Virus record (IMG/VR): IMGVR_UViG_3300022178_000673 | Span: 1 to 30,912 of that record | Source: a virus | Lineage: Duplodnaviria > Caudoviricetes | Direction: 5' to 3' (one strand) | DNA length: 30,912 bases | In this document: positions 1-6,803 of the stretch, in pieces | Numbering within the stretch: position 1 is the stretch's first letter | Layout: each line of letters opens with the position of its first letter | Made by a program: the position numbers and the translations under genes | The notes under the pieces: generated by a model | The model's database searches: none | Told to the model about the DNA's origin: nothing | Seen by the model: the letters and a program-made list of their open reading frames with translations, nothing else

Positions 1-10
1 CCCCTACCTT

Positions 11-35
11 GCCCCTCTTCGGAGGGGCTTTTTTT
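11..35 (+). terminator. Rho-independent terminator
   Basis: GCCCCTC-TTCG-GAGGGGC perfect 7-bp stem with a cUUCGg tetraloop, followed by T7. Confidence 0.92.
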
Positions 36-56
36 CGCCCATCGAAAAGTGCCCTC

Positions 57-153
57 GATACCAGTTCCTGAGTCGCGTCGCGCATCGCCCATAACGTACG
101 TCATAGCGTACACAGATACCAGTTCCTGAGTTGCGTCGCGCATCGCATAACGT
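57..153. repeat. Direct repeat, 2 copies of ~39-41 bp
   Basis: GATACCAGTTCCTGAGT(C/T)GCGTCGCGCATCGC[CC]ATAACGT at 57-97 and 115-153; 1 substitution and a 2-nt indel. The second copy runs into the palindromic motif. Confidence 0.9.
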
Positions 154-171
154 GGGACACGTCCCACACTA
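148..171 (+). promoter_or_regulatory. Palindromic motif, variant copy 1 (central dinucleotide AC instead of GT)
   Basis: TAACGTGGGAC-AC-GTCCCACACTA; matches 22/24 to the four downstream copies. Confidence 0.75.
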
Positions 172-175
172 TTTG

Positions 176-580
176 TAATGTTCCGGCTGTAAGCCGCGCC
201 GTTCCTGCAATGTTCCATTTATCGTCCTAATGTTCCTGTAATGTTCCCTTTTTATCGGCCAAAACGGAACATTAGTATATATTTCTTTATATTTCTTTAT
301 AAGTTAATCTAGTGCAATCTAAGCGAAAAGCTACTTTCAATGCAGTTAAAAGCAGTGCAATCTATTTATATGTTTATTCTTATTATTTGTAATGTTCCTT
401 TTTATAAATACAATGGAGCAACCTTTCGTCTCCCCCCTCCCGAGCGATTTGTTCCACTTGTTTTTCCATTCGCAAGACCGACCCATAATTCCCCAGAAAA
501 AAGAACATTAGAACATTGTATATATTTCAGTAACTTACAAGCCATACCATAAGAACAAATTGGAACAAATTAGTACATTA
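176..580. repeat. AT-rich region with TAATGTTCC/GGAACATTA iteron-like repeats (putative origin or genome-end/packaging region)
   Basis: (T)AATGTTCC at 176-184, 209-216, 228-236, 239-247 and 390-398; inverted GGAACATTA at 266-274; GAACATT at 503 and 511; degenerate GAACAAAT copies at 553-570; tandem TATATTTCTT x2 at 278-297; AGTGCAATCTA at 311-321 and 354-364. Confidence 0.7.
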
Positions 581-606
581 CACTAAACGTCGCTAGATGG
601 CGTCAC

Positions 607-635
607 TTGACAACGCCTTGTAATACCTGTATAAT
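607..635 (+). promoter_or_regulatory. Consensus sigma70 promoter driving the early operon
   Basis: TTGACA (607-612), 17 bp spacer, TATAAT (630-635): a perfect match, ~95 bp upstream of the first CDS. Confidence 0.9.
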
Positions 636-688
636 GGGAACCATAAGCTGTAAAGAGCAAGACAGGCTTACACGACGTTAGATTCACT

Positions 689-714
689 TAACGTGGGACG
701 TGTCCCACACTACA
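689..714 (+). promoter_or_regulatory. Palindromic start-associated motif, copy 2
   Basis: TAACGTGGGACGTGTCCCACACTACA, followed by GAGG RBS and ATG at 730. Confidence 0.85.
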
Positions 715-729
715 TAGAGGCATTACATT

Positions 730-933
730 ATGACAAACGAAAAGCAAACCAACAGCCACAGCGGCCACGGCATACAGTCTATCGACGACCAACTACGTGA
801 GATGTTCCAAATCCACAGTGCGTTGTTTGATGACATGGAAGCACGTCTAGCTAGTGTGCCTGCAACAGAGCGTAGAATACGCAAGTCCAACCTAATGCGA
901 TCTGCTATACGCCGCCAACAGGAGTGCAAGTAA
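730..933 (+). CDS. Small protein, possibly a ribbon-helix-helix (CopG/Arc-like) DNA-binding regulator
   Basis: RBS GAGG; first gene after the promoter. C-terminal half FQIH-SALFDDMEARLAS...RKSNLMRSAIRR resembles the RHH strand/helix A/helix B (S..IR.AI) pattern. Fold call is tentative. Confidence 0.65.
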   Translation: MTNEKQTNSHSGHGIQSIDDQLREMFQIHSALFDDMEARLASVPATERRIRKSNLMRSAIRRQQECK

Positions 934-934
934 T

Positions 935-1111
935 ATGTATACCCTTGCCGAAATGACCGACATGGTAGCTAACTGGGAAGAGCAGAGCGCAGCACAAGCG
1001 CCTTACTTTGACGGACGCCTACTAGCCAAGATCCAGAGTATGCACAGAGCCATCGCCGAGTACCAAGAAGTGCAGCTTGAATTACCCATAGGACTGAAAG
1101 ACCTTATTTGA
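935..1111 (+). CDS. Hypothetical protein (58 aa, MYTLAEMTDMVANWEEQS...LPIGLKDLI)
   Basis: Not in the ORF track (<60 aa). AGGAG RBS at 920-924; ATG 1 nt after the previous stop; fills the gap up to the next motif. Confidence 0.75.
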   Translation: MYTLAEMTDMVANWEEQSAAQAPYFDGRLLAKIQSMHRAIAEYQEVQLELPIGLKDLI

Positions 1112-1124
1112 ATCCCTTGACACT

Positions 1125-1150
1125 TAACGTGGGACGTGTCCCACACTACA
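1125..1150 (+). promoter_or_regulatory. Palindromic start-associated motif, copy 3
   Basis: Identical 26-mer, then GAGG and ATG at 1164. Confidence 0.85.
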
Positions 1151-1163
1151 CAGAGGCTACACC

Positions 1164-2075
1164 ATGACAAACTTAAACGTACCATCTATCGCCACACCAT
1201 CTATCGCATCAAGCGCCATGCTAGTCGAGCTGAATATCAGTCAGTGGACAGCACGCAAGAAAGACCACCAAGCCTCCGACGAGGTGACAGCCAACAAGTA
1301 CGCCGACAAGGGTACCGCAAGCGTAAGCAAGAAGTTACTGGGTAACTGCCCCGAGCTAGACGCCATCAAGAAGTTCGCCACAGCCGCACGTACTACGCAC
1401 TATAGTATGACGATGCCATGGTCTGACAACGGGTTGCGACTACTGCCGACCACGCAGTACGCCGAGTACCACAACGAGATGACGCGCTTACAGAATGAGT
1501 TCTCCATGCTGACCACCGACTTCATTACCAAATACGAGTGGGAAGTTATCAGCGCACAAGCACGACTGGGTAACCTGTTTGCACGTGATGACTACCCGAC
1601 CACCGACCACATCTCTCGCAAGTTTGACTTTCGTATGGCGTACATACCACTACCTGAGGTGGGTGACTTCCGTGTCGATGTAGCTACCGATCAGCGTGAG
1701 ATACTGGAGGAGCACTACAAGTCCTACTATACCAAGCAGATCGAGTCCGCCATGGGTGACGTGTGGCAACGTGTACACAAAGCCCTGTCCGCTATGTCTG
1801 ACCGACTGGCTGACCCCGACGATGGCGAGAAGACCAACAAGCGTGGGCACAAGATATTCCGCGAGTCCCTTGTTGATAATGCGTTGAATTTGCTTCAAGT
1901 ACTGAGCACGTGTAATGTAACAGGAGATAGTCAGATGGAGGCGCTTCGTCTTAGACTTGACGATACGTTACGTGGTGTTACGTACGACTCACTGTCACAC
2001 AGCCACGCCCAACGTGTACAGACCAAGCGCGCTGCCGATGAGATGTTGGCCGCACTGCCGACACTGGATTGGTAG
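1164..2075 (+). CDS. DUF3150-like protein
   Basis: 303 aa. N-terminal LVELNISQWTARKKD, SKKLL, PWSDNGLRLLP and DYP...KF motifs, and the position next to AAA+/VWA genes, match my recollection of DUF3150-like proteins. Confidence 0.7.
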   Translation: MTNLNVPSIATPSIASSAMLVELNISQWTARKKDHQASDEVTANKYADKGTASVSKKLLGNCPELDAIKKFATAARTTHYSMTMPWSDNGLRLLPTTQYAEYHNEMTRLQNEFSMLTTDFITKYEWEVISAQARLGNLFARDDYPTTDHISRKFDFRMAYIPLPEVGDFRVDVATDQREILEEHYKSYYTKQIESAMGDVWQRVHKALSAMSDRLADPDDGEKTNKRGHKIFRESLVDNALNLLQVLSTCNVTGDSQMEALRLRLDDTLRGVTYDSLSHSHAQRVQTKRAADEMLAALPTLDW

Positions 2076-2245
2076 TGGCTACACAAGTAGTAGTGAGGGT
2101 GCGTAACTTCAAGCGTACCCGACACTATGCTCAGTGTGTCGAGCGTGGGCGTACCCCACGAATTGAATACCATACATTCTATATCCGTAACCTAACGTGG
2201 GACGTGTCCCACACTACAACAAAGAGAGATACATACTATGTCTAA
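2075..2245 (+). CDS. Possible 56-aa basic ORF (MATQVVVRVRNFKRTRHY...); alternatively a non-coding structured spacer
   Basis: GTG overlaps the upstream TAG (TAGTG coupling, also seen at 10556 and 14046) and the frame is open to TAA 2243-2245. RBS is weak and the ORF reads through the palindromic motif. Confidence 0.3.
   Translation: MATQVVVRVRNFKRTRHYAQCVERGRTPRIEYHTFYIRNLTWDVSHTTTKRDTYYV
2193..2218 (+). promoter_or_regulatory. Palindromic start-associated motif, copy 4
   Basis: Identical 26-mer, then AGAGAG and ATG at 2238. Confidence 0.85.
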
Positions 2246-3302
2246 CTTATACGCAACATCACTCGACCAAGCTACTAACCTAGTAGCAACTATAGGCCAC
2301 CAACGTACTGTCCTAGTCCAAGGGCACATGGGGTGTGGCAAGTCATCAATGCTCAAGGTGTTACAGGAGCGCTTCCCTGACCACCACGCGTGTTACTTTG
2401 ACTGTACCACCAAGGACTTAGGCGACATAAGCATACCGTCACTCAACACTGACGAGGGGTACGTCAAGTACCTACCGAACGAAGAGTTCGGACTACACAC
2501 AGGCAAGCCCGTTATCCTGATGGTCGATGAGTTCGGCAAGGCTAACCCCGCTGTCAAGAACGCGTTGCTACGTGACATGTTGGAGCGTGACCGCTTCCCC
2601 GAGGGTAGCATCATCTTCGCTACCACTAACCTAGGTGCTGAGGGTGTAGGCGACTTACTGCCTCCCCATGCACGTAACCGTCTCACTGTAGTAGAGATGC
2701 GCAAGCCTGACTCTACCGAGTGGATCGAGTGGGGTATCAACAACCGCATACACCCATCCGTATTGGGTTTCGTCAAGGACTTCCCGCAGACTATGCAGAG
2801 CTTCCAAGAAGTTACACAGCCGGACGACAATCCGTATATCTTTCACCCCAAACAACAACGCGCCGCCTTCATCACTCCGCGCTCTCTCGAAGCAGCTAGT
2901 GACATACTTCAAGCACGTGAGTACCTTGACGACAATACGTTGACAGGTGCGCTATGCGGTACCATCGGTGCCCGTGGTGCAATGGACATGATGGCCTTCG
3001 TCAAACTGGCTGACCAACTACCGACACTGGAGTCTATCAAGCAAGACCCCGCCAACGCCACAGTGCCTACCTCCGCCTCCGCTGTATGCATGGTGGTGTA
3101 CCGTGCTGTGAGTATGGTCGAGCGTGACTGGGTAGATTCGTGGATGACCTACATACGTAGGCTAGACAAGGAAGCTCAAGGCTTGTTCGTCAACTGTATA
3201 CGTGCCAGTAACTACGGTAAGCGTGACATGATTATGCAGTCCAAGAACTACGGTACGTGGGCTGTCGAGAATAACTATATGTTTGCGGCGGATAAGAAAT
3301 GA
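2238..3302 (+). CDS. MoxR-like AAA+ ATPase
   Basis: Walker A GHMGCGKS, Walker B ILMVDE, sensor-1 ATTN, arginine-finger region ARNR, sensor-2-like TPRS; upstream of a VWA gene. Confidence 0.9.
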   Translation: MSNLYATSLDQATNLVATIGHQRTVLVQGHMGCGKSSMLKVLQERFPDHHACYFDCTTKDLGDISIPSLNTDEGYVKYLPNEEFGLHTGKPVILMVDEFGKANPAVKNALLRDMLERDRFPEGSIIFATTNLGAEGVGDLLPPHARNRLTVVEMRKPDSTEWIEWGINNRIHPSVLGFVKDFPQTMQSFQEVTQPDDNPYIFHPKQQRAAFITPRSLEAASDILQAREYLDDNTLTGALCGTIGARGAMDMMAFVKLADQLPTLESIKQDPANATVPTSASAVCMVVYRAVSMVERDWVDSWMTYIRRLDKEAQGLFVNCIRASNYGKRDMIMQSKNYGTWAVENNYMFAADKK

Positions 3303-3493
3303 AGATAACTAGAAGCGAACTACTACAGCTAAGACTACATCGTAGTAAGTTCAAGACCGCAGGCAAGTATGACATCCGAGAGGTCAAGGGTGACTATAAA
3401 CACCCCGATGACATATTCGGGGCACGCCCCAACAAGGTGGGCAGGCAACGTAAACTAAATGACAGGAGAGTAGACCATGCTAAGCATAGGTAA
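3299..3493 (+). CDS. Small basic hypothetical protein
   Basis: ATGA overlap with the ATPase stop; fills the gap to the VWA gene. Confidence 0.6.
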   Translation: MKITRSELLQLRLHRSKFKTAGKYDIREVKGDYKHPDDIFGARPNKVGRQRKLNDRRVDHAKHR

Positions 3494-4667
3494 CCAACTC
3501 ACAGCAGAGCAGCGACTATCCAAAGCGGTAGTTGCTATCATGGGCAACGACAAGTATATAGCCCTATCAGGTGTACTGATGATCGGCGAGAAGTCTATAT
3601 GCGACGACGTACCTACCGCATGTACTAACGGACGTGACGAGATGTATGGGCGTAGCTTCGTAGCCGGTCTGACTGACGCAGAGCTACGGTTTCTAGTCCT
3701 ACACGAGAACTACCACAAGCTGTATCGTCATCTGACAACGTGGCGTCACTTGTATGACGATAACCCCCAGCTATCTAACATGGCGTGTGACTACGTTATC
3801 AATCAGAAGATAGCCGACGACAACCACGATGGGTTCGCCACTGTTATTGATGGCGCACTGCTCGACGACAAGTACCGTGGTATGGATACCGCGCAGGTGT
3901 ACAACCTACTCAAGCAGGAGCAGGACTCAAATGACGCATCTCAGTCCCTTGACGGCGGTGAGCCTATGGACTCACATGACTGGGAGGGTGCGCAAGAACT
4001 GTCCGAGCCTGAGAAGCAAGAGCTTGCACGTGATATTGATGAGGCTATACGTCAAGGTGCTATGGCCGCAGGTAAGATGGGCAAGGGCAGTCGTGACCTA
4101 GATGACCTACTGACCCCACAGGTTGACTGGCGTGAGGTGTTGCGTGAGTTTGTACAGAACACGTGTGCAGGTAATGACTACGCTACGTATGCTCGCCCCA
4201 ACCGTCGCCTCATGTCGCAGGGTATTATCATGCCTAGTGGTGTCAGTGATCAGGTAGGTGAGCTAGTCATAGCTGTTGACACGTCTGGTTCTATTGGTCA
4301 AGCCCCGCTGTCTGTGTTCCTAACCGAGGTCAAGGGTATATGCGATACGGTCAAGCCTGACAAGGTACGCCTGTTGTATTGGGGTAGTAGTGTAGTTGGT
4401 GACGAGTCGTATGAGATGCACGAGTTGGATGACCTAACCAAGTCTACCAAGCCTATGGGTGGAGGTGGTACCAATGTAGAGTGTGTGACTGACTATATGA
4501 CTGAGCACGCTATCAAACCACAAGCGTGTGTCGTGTTGACTGACGGCCATTTATACGCAGGTTGGGGTCAGTGGACATGTCCTGTATTATGGACAGTGTT
4601 AGACAACAAGCACGCATCACCAGACGTCGGTACGTGTGTACACATCCAATCAGGAGATATGTCATGA
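3477..4667 (+). CDS. Putative metallopeptidase + VWA domain protein (DUF2201-like)
   Basis: N-domain PTACTNG, LHENYH (HExxH), NMACDYVIN. C-terminal VWA with MIDAS DTSGS, GGGT and LTDG. AGGAG RBS. Confidence 0.9.
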   Translation: MLSIGNQLTAEQRLSKAVVAIMGNDKYIALSGVLMIGEKSICDDVPTACTNGRDEMYGRSFVAGLTDAELRFLVLHENYHKLYRHLTTWRHLYDDNPQLSNMACDYVINQKIADDNHDGFATVIDGALLDDKYRGMDTAQVYNLLKQEQDSNDASQSLDGGEPMDSHDWEGAQELSEPEKQELARDIDEAIRQGAMAAGKMGKGSRDLDDLLTPQVDWREVLREFVQNTCAGNDYATYARPNRRLMSQGIIMPSGVSDQVGELVIAVDTSGSIGQAPLSVFLTEVKGICDTVKPDKVRLLYWGSSVVGDESYEMHELDDLTKSTKPMGGGGTNVECVTDYMTEHAIKPQACVVLTDGHLYAGWGQWTCPVLWTVLDNKHASPDVGTCVHIQSGDMS

Positions 4668-4897
4668 GTGAAGAATACGGGCGTTATGGGAAAAAATTTC
4701 CACATAGAAATAGGCTACCTGTCGGAGAGTTCAGCAGTTCCACAGAACTACGTATGGAGTGGAGTGAGGCCGTCAACACGATGGAGGCACTGGTATCTTT
4801 TTATGACGACTACTGCCAAGGCGACCAAAGCCTAGAGCACGACAGGCAAGACTACGAATCAGTCCAGAACGCATGGGCACGAATCAAACAAGGATAA
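4664..4897 (+). CDS. Hypothetical protein (77 aa; start re-assigned from 4562)
   Basis: AGGAG RBS and ATGA overlap with the VWA stop. Its TAA stop is the first 3 nt of motif copy 5. Confidence 0.75.
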   Translation: MSEEYGRYGKKFPHRNRLPVGEFSSSTELRMEWSEAVNTMEALVSFYDDYCQGDQSLEHDRQDYESVQNAWARIKQG

Positions 4898-4920
4898 CGT
4901 GGGACGTGTCCCACACTACA
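4895..4920 (+). promoter_or_regulatory. Palindromic start-associated motif, copy 5
   Basis: Identical 26-mer, then GAGG and ATG at 4939. Confidence 0.85.
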
Positions 4921-4938
4921 CAATCAGAGGATAGCACC

Positions 4939-5277
4939 ATGAGTAAAACAAAGAACAAAGTAACCAATCGAGTAGCACGTGAGTACGTACAAAACTGTAG
5001 ACCTTTCGAGGGTAGCAACATCTTTGGCATAGTACGCCACACTGACACAAGCGCACGATATGTCGTGTATTCGTATGGTACACACTGGCCACTGTGGATA
5101 CGTGAGGAGGGCGTGTGGTATGAGAACGTCAGTAAGTATGGCCCTACCACATCTAAGCACAAGACGATGACCAACCCCCACGTCGAAAGCTCTACCCCTA
5201 TGGAAGTGGACGACATGATTACTATAGCCAACCACGGTATCGTTGGCCTGTCACTAGGTATGGGAGAAGAGCAATGA
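4939..5277 (+). CDS. Phage early hypothetical protein (VVYSYGTHWP...KYGPTTSKH family)
   Basis: Start re-assigned from 4873 on the basis of the GAGGA RBS. The YSY and TTSKH motifs recur in small phage early proteins. Confidence 0.8.
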   Translation: MSKTKNKVTNRVAREYVQNCRPFEGSNIFGIVRHTDTSARYVVYSYGTHWPLWIREEGVWYENVSKYGPTTSKHKTMTNPHVESSTPMEVDDMITIANHGIVGLSLGMGEEQ

Positions 5278-6230
5278 GTAAGTATGATAACTTCCACCCC
5301 CCTGTAGATAGTCTACGTGATGCGCTCTCAACAATTCCCAAGCCACCGATGTGGAGCAGGTGGGATACCATGATGACACTATATATAAAGAACATAACCG
5401 CTAACACGGCGCTCAAGGTAGGTACAGACCAGAACAAGTTCTTCGTGTACTACGAAGGTGACGAACAAGCCAGTGGGCGGATAGATATACGTGGTATGCA
5501 GGACAGGTATGGTGCTCCTACTGACCCTAAGCTCGTCGTGTTCGCACGTACCCTAGAGAATAACAAGTACAGCAGCGGCGACCTACAATACTCGAAGGCC
5601 ACTACTCGCATAGATATAGCCATAAAGAACATTAAGCGATACTGCACTCCGTTGGTAACTACAGAGTTACGGTATACACACAGGGCGGGTTACCGTGCTA
5701 CGGCCAACCACTACAAACAAGTGATACAAAGACAATACCAAGGCGCACTGGAGGATTTAAATATCGAGAGTAGGGATGCGTATAAGTGTTTTAGGGAACA
5801 ATTTACCCTACCCCCTTTAGTCCAGTATTTTTCTGATGTACGTAACCTAGACATGGACTTTGGTAATGTAAAACATCAGGTAGACACGCTGCTCCTATCC
5901 GTAGATTCAGTCAAAGCTGAGAGGAAAGACATAGCGGAGCGCAGCGTTGTGTTCTGTCGTATACGCACCGTAGCAGGGGAACAGCTATGCGAGTTATTGA
6001 AATTGGGATCAGAGGCGGACGAATGGCGCGAAAAGGGCGTCACTGATGAGGTACCTACAGTATGCGGTATAGATTCCTTATCCCCACGTATGATAGAGAA
6101 GTTAGCTATACTTAACACACTAGAGAGGGGCGAGTACCTACACAATGTAGGATACAAAAGTCCGACAGAAAATATATTCTTTGTTGAGAACGGAGTAACC
6201 GAAGAGGTGGGAGTGCCCATTGGCTGTTAG
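5274..6230 (+). CDS. Hypothetical protein (318 aa)
   Basis: Long ORF with ATGA coupling. The C-terminal ~40 aa resemble the C-terminus of the next gene. Confidence 0.85.
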   Translation: MSKYDNFHPPVDSLRDALSTIPKPPMWSRWDTMMTLYIKNITANTALKVGTDQNKFFVYYEGDEQASGRIDIRGMQDRYGAPTDPKLVVFARTLENNKYSSGDLQYSKATTRIDIAIKNIKRYCTPLVTTELRYTHRAGYRATANHYKQVIQRQYQGALEDLNIESRDAYKCFREQFTLPPLVQYFSDVRNLDMDFGNVKHQVDTLLLSVDSVKAERKDIAERSVVFCRIRTVAGEQLCELLKLGSEADEWREKGVTDEVPTVCGIDSLSPRMIEKLAILNTLERGEYLHNVGYKSPTENIFFVENGVTEEVGVPIGC

Positions 6231-6474
6231 TAATCCTTTTACCCCTGACCTGAGCCTGTACCGCGTGCTTATAAGAGAAGAAGATATAGTTGTAACAGGA
6301 CTTGGGATAGCGGTTTTTGACAATGACCTATCAGGCATCTACACTAGGGACACATTGCCAGATACGTTAGAGAAGAACTTGGCAGTACTAATGACCTGTG
6401 ACGCGATGCCCCCGACTACCTTTGTACAAGGGGTTGGGAGGCGCATAAACGAACAGACTTTTTGGGTAATGTGA
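6220..6474 (+). CDS. Hypothetical protein, paralogous to the C-terminus of 5274-6230
   Basis: TTG start with GGGAG RBS; shares the D.L......LA(I/V)L.T...VG....E..F(F/W)V pattern. Confidence 0.75.
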   Translation: MAVSNPFTPDLSLYRVLIREEDIVVTGLGIAVFDNDLSGIYTRDTLPDTLEKNLAVLMTCDAMPPTTFVQGVGRRINEQTFWVM

Positions 6475-6484
6475 GGAGAGAGAT

Positions 6485-6649
6485 ATGTATTATGTTGAAG
6501 CACTAGTAACCACGTTATTTATATTCTTCGTGCTGTTCCTAGTAGGGCACGCAGTCATCTATAACATTGAAGAGACACGGGTGTGGAACCGTAGACGTGT
6601 AGCTGAGAGGAGGGCAAAACGTGATCGCGAAGAAGCGGAAAATTCTTGA
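6485..6649 (+). CDS. Small membrane protein (54 aa)
   Basis: Not in the track. GAGGAG RBS; MYYVEALVTTLFIFFVLFLVGHAVIY hydrophobic helix followed by a charged tail. Confidence 0.75.
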   Translation: MYYVEALVTTLFIFFVLFLVGHAVIYNIEETRVWNRRRVAERRAKRDREEAENS

Positions 6650-6803
6650 GGCTGCTATAGAATCAGGTATACACTTCGGGTACATGAAGGCGCACAAACA
6701 TACGGACACCCCCAACCGTGCGCAGTTAGAGGGGGAGATAGAGCGTGAGATTTGGAACGCTATTTATGAAGTATTTAAATTTGAGGAAGACCTAGATGAA
6801 TAA
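6621..6803 (+). CDS. Phage hypothetical protein
   Basis: GAGGAGG RBS and GTG start; AIESGI..GY..AHKHTDTP motif; overlaps its neighbours. Confidence 0.75.
   Translation: MIAKKRKILEAAIESGIHFGYMKAHKHTDTPNRAQLEGEIEREIWNAIYEVFKFEEDLDE

Noticed and set aside
340-552. 70-aa ORF in the control region
   Set aside because: Lies in AT-rich repeat DNA upstream of the promoter, has no RBS and has atypical composition.
689-714. Motif as a T7-like phage RNA polymerase promoter
   Set aside because: No single-subunit RNAP in the window, the dyad symmetry is unlike T7 promoters, and copies are confined to early genes already served by a sigma70 promoter. A hairpin promoter for an RNAP encoded elsewhere cannot be fully excluded.
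1117-1147. TTGACA before motif copy 3 as a -35 box
   Set aside because: No acceptable -10 at 16-18 bp (best is CACACT at 19 bp), and it is absent before the other copies.
689-4920. 26-bp palindromic repeats as a CRISPR array (a Cas4-like gene is present)
   Set aside because: Intervals are 0.4-2.7 kb and contain intact genes rather than 30-40-bp spacers. The Cas4-like nuclease is a standard phage replication exonuclease, and there are no other cas genes.
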